Of a stretch of 64,000 nucleotides of DNA, positions 28,937-38,747 are shown in pieces. The notes under the pieces were generated by a model. That model ran no database searches. It was not told where the DNA came from and saw nothing but the letters and a program-made list of their open reading frames with translations. Numbering within the stretch: position 1 is the stretch's first letter; every line of letters starts with the position of its first letter. Where the stretch lies: positions 64,001 to 128,000 of the IMG/VR virus record IMGVR_UViG_3300005573_000054; one strand, 5' to 3'. The position numbers and the translations under genes are program-made. This DNA comes from a virus.

Positions 28937-30391
28937 GTGCAAGAAACTCAACAGGATCAAGCCTCACAGAAAGCAGTATCCCTTCTTCCCTTTCAGGAAC
29001 AAGTCGTAAAAAAATTCTTCACAACTTCCAATGGTAAACTCTTGGTTGGCCTTCCAGTGGGAACTGGAAAAACGATTATCACACTTAAGATAATTGAGCA
29101 CCTTTTCAGAGAAAACCCAGACGCAAGAGTACTAATTATTACTCCGGCGGGTCTACGACTTAACTTCGTGGAGAGTAGGTCTAAAGTCCCAGATGTTCCT
29201 CCAATCGTGATGTGTACCTCTTTTTCTCAACTTAAGAGTGTTATCAATGCTGGAAGTATACCAGTGATCAGTTATAACTTTATCGTTAAGTTAGTGAATA
29301 GTTCTGAATTCGTGGCTCTCGAGTGGGACCTTGTGATCTTCGATGAGCTTCATTTTACGAAGAACTACCAAACTCTTACGTCAAGAGCATGTGTTCTGTT
29401 GGCTTCGAGATCTAAAATGAGGTTAGGTCTCACTGCGAGTTATATAGCCAATAAGTTGGAAGAGTTTGCTACGATGTTGTATATTATAACTTTAGATGAG
29501 TTTGCGAAGACGTTGACAAGTATTGAAAAGATTAGAATCTATTCTTTTTTTATTAAGAAGTACACTTTTATAGTAAAAGAGGAAGAAGTTAATATTCATA
29601 TAAGAAGGCCTTCGCTTCAGTTTACGAGAGTTCCTTGTGTTCTTTCAGAGCAGGAGAATATCGCTTATAAATACGTAGAAGGAAAACTTAATCCTATGAC
29701 TTTACTTAAGATGAAACTTCTACAATTTACTGATTTCAAAAGAGTCCTTAACTGGGTTATAGCCGCTCAACAAGTACTTCTCTTTCCCGCGTATATTATT
29801 AAATCGGAACCTGATTCTCCAAATAAACCAACAGGTATTTTTCCTGAAGTTGGAATAAAGGTAATAGAGTGTGCTCGTCATATTCTTGAAAACGAAGCGG
29901 CTAAACATATGGTCTTTACTCCGTACGTGACATTCGGAGTAAACGTTATTGAGAACTTTTTTTCTCATCATGGAATTCGTTGTCTTAAATATGTAGGTGG
30001 AACGTCTCTTGAAGAACGACAAGAAATAATATCTAAGTTTACAGACCCAGATAGTGGTTATAATGCTATTATTTTATCACTGGCTGGAAAAGAAGGTATA
30101 AATCTTCCAAACACAGATTTTATTCATTGTTTAGGATACCACTGGAACCCTGAAGTGATGGCTCAGGTGTTCGGAAGAGCAAGGAGGATGACTTCTACGA
30201 AACCAGTTGTTGAAGTAAGGCTGTATGAGGCTATAAAACCTCATTCTAAGTTGAAAGCGCTTTTTATGGGGTTTTTTAGTAAGATGAAGTTTTTAGCGTC
30301 TATTATTACTATCGATGGAATGATGTTACAGGCATTGAAGAGGAAGTCGATACTTAAGGCTGTTGTAGTAGAAACGATTCATAAATCATGA
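28937..30391 (+). CDS. SF2 (SNF2-like) helicase/ATPase
   Basis: LPVGTGKT, FDELH, LTAS, GKEGINL, WNP..QVFGRARR. Likely GTG start at 28937 after GGGAG. Confidence 0.88.
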   Translation: MQETQQDQASQKAVSLLPFQEQVVKKFFTTSNGKLLVGLPVGTGKTIITLKIIEHLFRENPDARVLIITPAGLRLNFVESRSKVPDVPPIVMCTSFSQLKSVINAGSIPVISYNFIVKLVNSSEFVALEWDLVIFDELHFTKNYQTLTSRACVLLASRSKMRLGLTASYIANKLEEFATMLYIITLDEFAKTLTSIEKIRIYSFFIKKYTFIVKEEEVNIHIRRPSLQFTRVPCVLSEQENIAYKYVEGKLNPMTLLKMKLLQFTDFKRVLNWVIAAQQVLLFPAYIIKSEPDSPNKPTGIFPEVGIKVIECARHILENEAAKHMVFTPYVTFGVNVIENFFSHHGIRCLKYVGGTSLEERQEIISKFTDPDSGYNAIILSLAGKEGINLPNTDFIHCLGYHWNPEVMAQVFGRARRMTSTKPVVEVRLYEAIKPHSKLKALFMGFFSKMKFLASIITIDGMMLQALKRKSILKAVVVETIHKS

Positions 30392-30406
30392 TTTTTTCTT
30401 AGTCTA

Positions 30407-30420
30407 GAACAAACGAAGAT
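30407..30420 (+). promoter_or_regulatory. GAACAWA-N3-5-GAK motif
   Basis: GAACAAA CGAA GAT upstream of the fibre gene. Confidence 0.45.
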
Positions 30421-30455
30421 TAAAGATCAAGTATATCTATGGAGGTATCCAAAGT

Positions 30456-33400
30456 ATGATACGTCGTATTGACGAACATACGCTAGTTTTTGATTCTGAT
30501 ACTGTTGATTATATACATGCGTCTAAGACGCCAGTGGCTAATCAGCTTCTTGCTCTTGATAATAATGCTAAATTTCCACATGTGGCTTTATACGCAAGTT
30601 ATTCACCTGGACAGAATACAATACCAATTGTAGATACGGATGGAATTTTAAAAATACCGGGGGGAGTGTGGTTAGCTACAGCAAGTGGCAATGTTGGTGT
30701 TGGGACGACGAGTCCAGCTGGAAAGTTGCAGGTTTCGGGAGGTAATGCAATATTTGATGGCAACGTCGGCATCGGAATAACTAGTCCTTCCGAAAAACTT
30801 CATGTTGTGGGCAATATAGGGATATCAGCAGGTGCGAATGCGTTTATTGGGACAAAAGATAATTACGCTTTGAGTCTGAGAACTAACAACGCTGATAGAA
30901 TTTTTATAACAAGTGGTGGCGATGTTGGTGTTGGGACATCAGCTCCGGGATATAAACTGGACGTGAATGGCGTTATTAGAGCAACAAGTTATATTAAAGC
31001 TGAGAGTTATTTACAAAGCTATTCAACAACTCCATATGTAGATTTTTATCAGAGTGGTGTACAAGAATGGAAGATTGGACAACTTACAGCCGGTAGCGGC
31101 ACGTTTACTATTCAAGCAACCGGAACTACTGATCCTGACAAAGTCACAATTTTAACATCTGGCGACGTCGGCATTGGGACAACAACACCTCAGGCAAAGC
31201 TGGATGTAAATGGGAAGATACGTGCATCACAAGCTACTCAAGCTGGAGAAGTTGTAACAGCAGATAGAACCATTAACACGGGTATTGGTCTTCAGGGTGG
31301 AGGAAATCTTACAGCGGATAGAACAATATCTTTAACGAACACAGGAGTTGTTGCGGGAACGTATGGAGATGCAACACATGTGGGACAATTTACCGTGGAC
31401 GCACAAGGAAGAATAACTAGCGCAACTAACGTCCAGATAACTGGTGTGTCGCCTGTAGGGTCAACTTTAACTAGTGGACGTATATGGGTGGGAAATTCGA
31501 GTAATCAAGCTGCTGAAGTGTCTGTGACTGGTCACGCTACTTTATCCAATACTGGAGTACTCACGATATCAGATGGAGCAATTACAGATTCGAAAGTAGC
31601 TAACAACGCAGGTATAGCGTGGACTAAAATATCTAAGAGTGGGTCTAATTTAGCAGATTTACAGACGAGAAGCGCGAGTGATTTAAATAGTGGAAATCTA
31701 GATATAGCGCGGATGCCCTTGGGGGGAAACTGGGTATTAACTAGCAGTTTAGGTATAACTGGAGCTAATGTTGGTATCGGGACAACAACACCTCAGGCAA
31801 AGCTGGATGTAAATGGGAAGATACGTGCATCACAAGCTACTCAAGCTGGAGAAGTTGTAACAGCAGATAGAACCATTAACACGGGTATTGGTCTTCAGGG
31901 TGGAGGAAATCTTACAGCGGATAGAACAATATCTTTAGCGAACACAGGAGTTGTTGCGGGAACGTATGGAGATGCAACACATGTGGGACAATTTACCGTG
32001 GACGCACAAGGAAGAATAACTAGTGCAACTGACGTCCAGATAACTGGTGCGTCACCTGTGGGGTCAGCTTTAGGTAGTGGACATATATGGGTGGGAAATT
32101 CGAGTAATCAAGCTGCTGAAGTAGCTGTGACTGGTGACGCTACTTTATCCAATACCGGAATACTCACGATATCAAGCGGGGTAATTACAGATTCGAAAGT
32201 AGCTAGTAACGCAGGTATAGCGTGGACTAAAATATCTAAGAGCGGGTCTAACTTAGCAGATTTACAGACGAGAAGCGCGAGTGATTTAAGTAGTGGAAAT
32301 CTGGATATAGCGCGGATGCCCTTGGGGGGAAACTGGACGATAAGTAGTGATTTAAGTGTACTTGGAAGTGTACTTGTGGTGAAAACAACGGGTAACGTCG
32401 GTGTCGGGACAACTAGTCCAGAGGCACTGTTACATGTTCAAGGAAATCTCAAAGTTACAGGACAAACGAACTTTGGAAATGTGTTTTACACGTGGCCATC
32501 GAGCGCGGGAGGTTCGAACCAGGTTTTGTCGACTAACGGAAGTGGAGGTCTAAGTTGGAAGTCAATAAACGACCTTCTTCTTTACCCTGTTTCTCAAACC
32601 CCGGCACCGAATAGTATTGTTGTTTCAGAGTCTACTGGGAAAATTAATGCAGGATGGATACCAACTGGACCTCTTGGGTGGATAGATAGAAAGGAGTATA
32701 CGCTTTCATCAGGCAATTCAGGATATAGAAGACTTTTTACTTTTGACGGTTCTTCTATGGCTAATTCTACAGAAAAGTCAATACGGTTCTGTATTGAGTG
32801 GAGTGGTCAGTCACCTGAAAGACGGGGAATGGCTATAGTTAAGGGGTCCGTCTATAAGCAGTATGATGGTACATTTGACCTCCTTGTTGATGTAGAATGG
32901 GAGTGGCATAAAGAAGATGACAATCATTTGGGTGTTTATGATGTTGTCCTATGGAAACCTACAAATTCTTCTGAAATAAAACTTTCATCATGGGTCTATG
33001 CTTACGGTGGTTTAACTGTTACATTGTCATTATTGGAAGCTCCATCGGATATAGTATTACCGAGTAGTTTAGTTGGTGATAATGTTAGTAGTTATGATCT
33101 TGTTGATAGTAGGTGGCTCTTTACGGATAACATAAATACAGCTTATGCAATGCATCTTGCTAATCCTATTCCTGAGACAGGAATACAGCGGTTTTTTGCA
33201 ACAGCATCACAAACGCCTAGTGGTAGAAGTATAGTCGTTTCAAGATCTGATGGAACGATTGATCCAGGGTGGTTACCAGGTGGAGGTGGTAGTCTTCCAC
33301 CAGGAAGCGCTAATCAGACTTTGAGACACGATGGCACTACATGGGTGGCAAGTAGTTTACTTGTAAACACAGGAGCGAACATCGGTATTGGGACATCGAG

Positions 33401-34703
33401 CCCATCACAAAAACTTGAAGTTGTCGGTAATATCAAAGTGAGCTCCTCTGATTTAGGAGTAATACTTAATGCTGATAATAGACCGCTTATTACTCGAGGG
33501 TGGGATCCTTTTAATTCTGGAAAGTATAGTGGAATAGGTAGATGGGGACTGTTTATGGAAGAAACGAAACTCACTATAGGGACACCAGCTATTCCTGGTA
33601 ATGGAATTGTTCAGTTTGCAAGGTATAGAGATGATAGCACAATTGATCAGGTTACGATGACGTTTGACCCATCGGGTAACGTTGGCATCGGGACAACAGT
33701 GCCAGAAACAAAGTTACATGTTCAAGGAAATCTCAAAGTTACGGGACAAACGAACTTTGGAGGAGTGTCTTACGCGTGGCCAACAACTGGAGGAAGTTCA
33801 GGACAGGTTTTAACTACTGATGGAAATGGAAATTTGAGTTGGGCTCCAGTTGGTGGTATGGCGTTTGGATGGGCAACGACATCAGGATCAATATATGGAT
33901 TAGGTTATTTAGCTGGTTGTGGAGATATAAATAATGCTCTTAAATTCGGTGGGTACTCTTTCCCATATGCTTATGGTTACACAGAAAAATGGTCAGGTAG
34001 TAGTTGGGCTACAACATCGGTATTGAAACAAGGGAGAGATTACTTGGCTGGTTGTGGAAATGTATATAATGCTCTTAGCTTTGGTGGGGAGGACGTTAGC
34101 GGGAACCCGACTGGTACTACAGAAAAGTGGTTAGGTGACTCTTGGCAAACAACAACGAGTTTACTTTGGCTAAGAGAAGGTCCGGCGGGTTGTGGAGATG
34201 TGAATAATGCTCTTAGCTTCGGTGGGCTTAGCTTCGGTGGGTATGACGATACAAGTTATCTTAGTACCACAGAAAAATGGTCAGGTAGTAGTTGGGCTAC
34301 AACAACAGCTTTGAATCAAGCAAGAGGTTACTTAGCTGGTTGTGGAAATGTGAATAGTGCTCTTAGCTTTGGTGGGTATGATGATACAAGTTATCTTAGT
34401 ACTACAGAAAAATGGATGGGTAGTAGTTGGACTGTAACATCAGTTTTGAATCAGTCAAGAGCTTATTTAGCTGGTTGTGGAGATATATATAATGCTCTTT
34501 GTTTTGGTGGGTGGAACGGTGGTGCTATTAATACCACCGAAAAATGGATAGGTACTAGTTGGGCAACAACACTAGGATTAACTGTAGGAAGACATGGTTT
34601 AGCCGGTTGTGGAAGTATTAGTGGTGCCCTTAGTTTTGGTGGAGTCACAGGTACAGATGCAGATTATGGACTTGCTACAACAGAAAAATGGTGCAGTGCA
34701 TAA
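30456..34703 (+). CDS. Long tail fibre/adhesin with a C-terminal six-blade kelch-like domain
   Basis: About 8 GNVGIGTT-type repeats, an internal duplication, and 6 GCG..ALSFGG..TEKW repeats. Confidence 0.85.
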   Translation: MIRRIDEHTLVFDSDTVDYIHASKTPVANQLLALDNNAKFPHVALYASYSPGQNTIPIVDTDGILKIPGGVWLATASGNVGVGTTSPAGKLQVSGGNAIFDGNVGIGITSPSEKLHVVGNIGISAGANAFIGTKDNYALSLRTNNADRIFITSGGDVGVGTSAPGYKLDVNGVIRATSYIKAESYLQSYSTTPYVDFYQSGVQEWKIGQLTAGSGTFTIQATGTTDPDKVTILTSGDVGIGTTTPQAKLDVNGKIRASQATQAGEVVTADRTINTGIGLQGGGNLTADRTISLTNTGVVAGTYGDATHVGQFTVDAQGRITSATNVQITGVSPVGSTLTSGRIWVGNSSNQAAEVSVTGHATLSNTGVLTISDGAITDSKVANNAGIAWTKISKSGSNLADLQTRSASDLNSGNLDIARMPLGGNWVLTSSLGITGANVGIGTTTPQAKLDVNGKIRASQATQAGEVVTADRTINTGIGLQGGGNLTADRTISLANTGVVAGTYGDATHVGQFTVDAQGRITSATDVQITGASPVGSALGSGHIWVGNSSNQAAEVAVTGDATLSNTGILTISSGVITDSKVASNAGIAWTKISKSGSNLADLQTRSASDLSSGNLDIARMPLGGNWTISSDLSVLGSVLVVKTTGNVGVGTTSPEALLHVQGNLKVTGQTNFGNVFYTWPSSAGGSNQVLSTNGSGGLSWKSINDLLLYPVSQTPAPNSIVVSESTGKINAGWIPTGPLGWIDRKEYTLSSGNSGYRRLFTFDGSSMANSTEKSIRFCIEWSGQSPERRGMAIVKGSVYKQYDGTFDLLVDVEWEWHKEDDNHLGVYDVVLWKPTNSSEIKLSSWVYAYGGLTVTLSLLEAPSDIVLPSSLVGDNVSSYDLVDSRWLFTDNINTAYAMHLANPIPETGIQRFFATASQTPSGRSIVVSRSDGTIDPGWLPGGGGSLPPGSANQTLRHDGTTWVASSLLVNTGANIGIGTSSPSQKLEVVGNIKVSSSDLGVILNADNRPLITRGWDPFNSGKYSGIGRWGLFMEETKLTIGTPAIPGNGIVQFARYRDDSTIDQVTMTFDPSGNVGIGTTVPETKLHVQGNLKVTGQTNFGGVSYAWPTTGGSSGQVLTTDGNGNLSWAPVGGMAFGWATTSGSIYGLGYLAGCGDINNALKFGGYSFPYAYGYTEKWSGSSWATTSVLKQGRDYLAGCGNVYNALSFGGEDVSGNPTGTTEKWLGDSWQTTTSLLWLREGPAGCGDVNNALSFGGLSFGGYDDTSYLSTTEKWSGSSWATTTALNQARGYLAGCGNVNSALSFGGYDDTSYLSTTEKWMGSSWTVTSVLNQSRAYLAGCGDIYNALCFGGWNGGAINTTEKWIGTSWATTLGLTVGRHGLAGCGSISGALSFGGVTGTDADYGLATTEKWCSA
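31176..32336 (+). repeat. Direct repeat of about 558 bp (31176-31733 and 31779-32336, period 603 bp)
   Basis: Near-identical DNA and protein, from GTTTPQAKLDVNGK to MPLGGNW. Confidence 0.95.
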
Positions 34704-34728
34704 AACATTTAAACGGAGGTATTAAACT

Positions 34729-35091
34729 ATGGCAGTAGTATATGTTAAATTCTTTTGTCAAGGAAATCCAACGAATCCAAATCAATGCACGACTCCTTGG
34801 GATAAAACAATCAAGTGTTCTATTCCAATAAACGGAATACATGAGGGTATATATTACAACCTTATGGTAATGGAGGGAGATGAAAACCTTATAAAGCAGT
34901 GGGTAAACGAGAATGTTGGTAAAGTTCAAATAATAACTAAAGATGAGGCTAACCAATTAGGACAATTACTTGTTCCTCCTGGAACTGAGAGAACTAGAGT
35001 CGGAATGCCGGATCGAAAGGAACCTGTAACCTACATAGCAACAGAATTCGATGTTGATCATCCAGAGAATTTATGGGTAGTTAAACAGTAA
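34729..35091 (+). CDS. Small partner protein of the kelch-like fibre (possible chaperone or cap); paralog of 43970..44332
   Basis: Highly similar to the 43970 ORF; both directly follow a kelch-repeat gene. Confidence 0.7.
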   Translation: MAVVYVKFFCQGNPTNPNQCTTPWDKTIKCSIPINGIHEGIYYNLMVMEGDENLIKQWVNENVGKVQIITKDEANQLGQLLVPPGTERTRVGMPDRKEPVTYIATEFDVDHPENLWVVKQ

Positions 35092-35142
35092 ACCATATAT
35101 AAAATCTAAACCAAAAATCTAACATTAGGAGGACATTCGAAA

Positions 35143-36606
35143 ATGGACAATGAAGTAAAAGAACTTAGACCAATTCAAAAAAACAAAGCGTTAATCTCTA
35201 ACATCGATGTATTAAGAAACACAGAATTAGTTAAACCAGAAGACTTTGAATTCTTAAAAGATCACGCTGAAAAATTCCAAAAGAGATTCAGAACAAGATC
35301 TTTTTTCAGGTCTAAAACAGAAATGATTGCCGGTGTTCTAAACGACGCTGAACATCCTACTCCAGACAGTAAGTATTGGCAAGCAATTGGTGAACAAAAT
35401 GTTCATCTTACAGAGTTAATTAGTCTTTCTTACGAATACAAAAAACTAGAAGCAAATAACGACCTCTTACTAGCCGAAATCGAAGAACTCGAGGACAAAA
35501 TATCAAAAGAAACAAATGAAATTAAAATAAAGAAACTACAAGCCAGATTGAAAAAAAAGAGAGTCGAGTTAGCTCAAGCACAATTTATAATGGTGCAACA
35601 GGTTAAAGTCGCTCAAGAAAGACTAAGAGAGGTAAAAACCTGGGAAGGTATCATCCAAGAGTTAGAGGGACAACTAGAGTATGGAGATGAGGATTTCGAA
35701 CTCCATCATCCAAAGAGGTACTACCTAAGATACAAAAATAAAATGGAAAAGTTACAACTACTTGAACCTTCCGCGAAAGAGAACGTCGTAAACCACTTTG
35801 AAGCATTTTCAAAACTGATCAACGAAAACCCATCTCTTATGAAACCTAATGTTCCACCGGGTCTACCAGGTAGTGCTAGTGAAGATGTTAAATCATTGGA
35901 GGAAGCATCTAAAAATGATGCCATAGTGAAAAAATACTTTGACCACAAAGTCAGAAAAATACTAGTAGTTGCACCTCATAGAAATAAAGAAGATGGAAAT
36001 GTGACTAATTTTAATTTGATGCAAGTTCCTGCTGCTTTCAGCGCATCTTTATTTGAACCTTATGGATATCTAGTAGCAGATGCTCAAAACTACGCTGTTA
36101 AAAAGGCCCTCGACGAAGGATATAACTATATCTTCTTCGTTGAAGACGATGTCTTAATCCCAAGAAATGCTTTAGTGCAGTTGATGAAACATAACGCAGA
36201 CGTTGTAGGTGGTTTCTACTATAGAAAGTATCTTCCTCTTGAATCAGCTGGAATGCACTATAACGAAAATGGAGAACCTTCGTCTATAGATGATTTTAAG
36301 ATAGGAGATGTAATTCACAATACTCTTGTTTTGCCTATGGGATGTACATTGATAAAGACGGATGTGTTTAAAGATATGGAGTATCCTTGGTACAAAGAAG
36401 TCCAGGTGAGTGGTAAACCAGCTCTTACCTCTGATACTTATATCTGTGAAAAATTTAGACAGAAGAACATTGATGTAATTACTGATACGGGTGTTCAGTG
36501 TTTACATATAGATAAAAAAAGAGGGATAATCTATGGGCATCCTGATATCGTCGATCACATCACTAATACAATACGAGAAGCGTGGAGAGAATATTTCGCT
36601 CGGTAA
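35143..36606 (+). CDS. Coiled-coil domain fused to a GT-A fold (GT2-like) glycosyltransferase
   Basis: C-terminal YIFFVEDDVLIP, DVVGGFYY, GCTLIKTDVF, SDTYICEK, CLHID. Confidence 0.78.
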   Translation: MDNEVKELRPIQKNKALISNIDVLRNTELVKPEDFEFLKDHAEKFQKRFRTRSFFRSKTEMIAGVLNDAEHPTPDSKYWQAIGEQNVHLTELISLSYEYKKLEANNDLLLAEIEELEDKISKETNEIKIKKLQARLKKKRVELAQAQFIMVQQVKVAQERLREVKTWEGIIQELEGQLEYGDEDFELHHPKRYYLRYKNKMEKLQLLEPSAKENVVNHFEAFSKLINENPSLMKPNVPPGLPGSASEDVKSLEEASKNDAIVKKYFDHKVRKILVVAPHRNKEDGNVTNFNLMQVPAAFSASLFEPYGYLVADAQNYAVKKALDEGYNYIFFVEDDVLIPRNALVQLMKHNADVVGGFYYRKYLPLESAGMHYNENGEPSSIDDFKIGDVIHNTLVLPMGCTLIKTDVFKDMEYPWYKEVQVSGKPALTSDTYICEKFRQKNIDVITDTGVQCLHIDKKRGIIYGHPDIVDHITNTIREAWREYFAR

Positions 36607-36619
36607 CATCTGAAGGGGT

Positions 36620-37009
36620 ATGATGATTTTTAAATTTCTTTCTATTCTTAAAACTACAACACTGATTTCTATTGTGGTATGTCTCTTCTTAAGTGTATTC
36701 TATATAAAGCACCTAAGAAAAGAGGTCGACCAGTACAAATCTCTTTATAATACATCACAATACCAACTTGAGACGTGTAAGTCGACCAATAAAGAGCTTC
36801 TTGAGCAGATCTCTGTACAACGTCAAGACTACGAAGTCAAAGTAAACTCACTTCTCAGGAAGATTAAAGACCTGAGTTCAAAAACTCCTGTCATTCAAAT
36901 TCCTAAAGATGTTCCAAAAGAATCAAAAATAACCCAAGAAGAATGTTTGAAAATGGGAGTAATGCTCGATGACTTTGAGAACGCTATTAAAACGCTTGAT
37001 TCTCACTAA
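36620..37009 (+). CDS. Putative inner-membrane spanin (Rz-like)
   Basis: N-terminal TM helix followed by a coiled coil; overlaps a lipoprotein gene. Confidence 0.7.
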   Translation: MMIFKFLSILKTTTLISIVVCLFLSVFYIKHLRKEVDQYKSLYNTSQYQLETCKSTNKELLEQISVQRQDYEVKVNSLLRKIKDLSSKTPVIQIPKDVPKESKITQEECLKMGVMLDDFENAIKTLDSH

Positions 37010-37247
37010 CCTCATCATTATCATTACTCTCATTTTCTTTGGGTGTGCTTCTCCAAAGTTACAACCGGCGGTTATTGAAAAACCTGTAATGATGAAATGC
37101 CCTATTCCGGATATACCTAAAGCCGATATTAAACCTATTCCACCTAACGCTTCGTACTTAGAGAAGCTTCAAATCATTCTTAACAACTATATACAACTTT
37201 ACCAAGAGAATATTCTTCTTCGAGAATCAATTAAGTTATGCAAATAA
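36969..37247 (+). CDS. Putative outer-membrane spanin lipoprotein (Rz1-like)
   Basis: Signal peptide with lipobox-like IFFGC and a Pro-rich mature part. Confidence 0.72.
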   Translation: MTLRTLLKRLILTNLIIIITLIFFGCASPKLQPAVIEKPVMMKCPIPDIPKADIKPIPPNASYLEKLQIILNNYIQLYQENILLRESIKLCK

Positions 37248-37264
37248 CTTGGAGGTATTATCCA

Positions 37265-37525
37265 ATGAAGCGTTTTCTAAAAAGATATAGCGTTGATATT
37301 TTCTTTTCGGTTTTGTTTGTTTTCTTGACGTATATCATTTCTGTAGTAGGCCAAGAGAATATTGCAGTTGTTTTTAGAAAAGTAGCGGTGTTCTCCGCGT
37401 GGTCAGTAATGTGGTATTTAAGTAGGATTCTAAAGGTTGGGTTTGTTGAGTGGTCTGAAGAGGATAAGAAGAAGTATTCTTATGTGTATATGATCTCTTC
37501 TGCTTTAATATTTGCTCTTGCCTAG
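37265..37525 (+). CDS. Putative holin
   Basis: Small protein with about 3 hydrophobic segments between the spanins and endolysin; ATG 37265 follows GGAGG. Confidence 0.65.
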   Translation: MKRFLKRYSVDIFFSVLFVFLTYIISVVGQENIAVVFRKVAVFSAWSVMWYLSRILKVGFVEWSEEDKKKYSYVYMISSALIFALA

Positions 37526-37543
37526 ACTCGCTTTGATCTAAAG

Positions 37544-38173
37544 ATGCGTAATTTTTTTTCCTGGATAATTTCGATATTCGCCACAGTATTGTTTTTGTTT
37601 CCTTCATATGCATCATCTAATGACAGATGTAGATCAATTCAATCTCTTATAGAACAAAGCCACAAAGCCATTCTTGGAGAGGAATATCCTTGGTGGTATG
37701 GTGTTGGCCAAGCTAAAGTAGAATCAAACTGTAAGTGGATTGCTTCCCAAGATGGTTATGGTAGTATCGGATATTTTCAATTAACTCCAAAATTTCTTGA
37801 TCCTATTATCAGACCACTCTATCCTGATTATACGAAATTCAACAGTCCACATCACTTTTACGCGGCTGCTACTTATATAAAGATTCTGTGGAATGAATCA
37901 CCTTCCCCTGTTTTGTGGGTTATTTATCAACAATATAATGGTGGGTATTGGGTGGTTAAGGAGTGTAAACGAGCTAAGTCGTGGACTTGGGAGTATTGTA
38001 AACGAGAGTGTAGGAGATCTGACGTCTGTGTAAAGTTACAGGGAGGAAAGTGTTTTCAGCATAGAAGTTCGTGTGATATTAACTATGAGTATAGTTTAAA
38101 GGTCTTTGAAAATGGTTCTCTCTATAGACCTGATTATGTAAACGAAGATCAGCTTTTGTATTCATATTGGTAG
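37544..38173 (+). CDS. Lytic transglycosylase (SLT-like) endolysin with a signal peptide
   Basis: Q..VES, GYFQL and YNGG motifs; hydrophobic N-terminus ending in SYA. Confidence 0.85.
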   Translation: MRNFFSWIISIFATVLFLFPSYASSNDRCRSIQSLIEQSHKAILGEEYPWWYGVGQAKVESNCKWIASQDGYGSIGYFQLTPKFLDPIIRPLYPDYTKFNSPHHFYAAATYIKILWNESPSPVLWVIYQQYNGGYWVVKECKRAKSWTWEYCKRECRRSDVCVKLQGGKCFQHRSSCDINYEYSLKVFENGSLYRPDYVNEDQLLYSYW

Positions 38174-38185
38174 AACATATTAGAG
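38173..38185 (+). promoter_or_regulatory. GAACAWA-N3-5-GAK motif
   Basis: GAACATA TTA GAG. Confidence 0.45.
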
Positions 38186-38210
38186 CGTACATCGTTTAGG
38201 GAGGGTTAAA

Positions 38211-38489
38211 ATGGGAGCATTTTATGAGGAAGGCGTAGAAAGTACTATACTCGTTTTACGAGAACGTTCTAGCGTATGGATTGTTTCCACCGGAAAAAAG
38301 GAACCTACTAATTATCCTATCGTAGAACGTATCTACTGGTTTGATACATCTTCTGATGCTATCGTGTTGAAGAGGAAATTTTTGAGACAAAAAGAATGGG
38401 AAGTAGTAACTGAAGAAACCGATCAAGACTACTCTATTGTTCTCAAAAAGGCGAAAGATTCTCTTGATACGTTTCCTTTAAAAGATTAA
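38211..38489 (+). CDS. Hypothetical protein
   Basis: 92-aa ORF with a GGAGG RBS. Confidence 0.65.
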   Translation: MGAFYEEGVESTILVLRERSSVWIVSTGKKEPTNYPIVERIYWFDTSSDAIVLKRKFLRQKEWEVVTEETDQDYSIVLKKAKDSLDTFPLKD

Positions 38490-38507
38490 GAGAAAGCGAG
38501 GTCTAAA

Positions 38508-38729
38508 GTGCCAGCTAGAAGCGAGTCTCAAAGACGTCTTTTTGCTATGGCTTTGGCTTATAAAAGAGGGACTCCTCTTAGAAAAGGCCTTTCAAAAGAG
38601 ATTCAGAAGACTGTTAGAGAACTTTCTAAGCTTCCTGAAAAGAAACTAGAATTATACTCAAGAAAGACGAAACCTCTACCCCAAAAGGTAAAAAAGAAGA
38701 TTATTGAACTTATAGAGATTTTCCTTTAA
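38508..38729 (+). CDS. Small basic phage protein (MPAxSxxQxRLFxMALAxKRG type)
   Basis: N-terminal motif resembles one seen in large phages; strongly basic. Confidence 0.6.
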   Translation: MPARSESQRRLFAMALAYKRGTPLRKGLSKEIQKTVRELSKLPEKKLELYSRKTKPLPQKVKKKIIELIEIFL

Positions 38730-38747
38730 AAAAGAGAGGTTATTAGG

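Noticed and set aside
28601-28967. Three short minus-strand ORFs (and a 28-codon one after GGAGG runs) over the GC-rich island
   Set aside because: They oppose the uniform gene orientation and lack protein-like features; the base-pairing pattern with + strand G-U pairs explains the region better.
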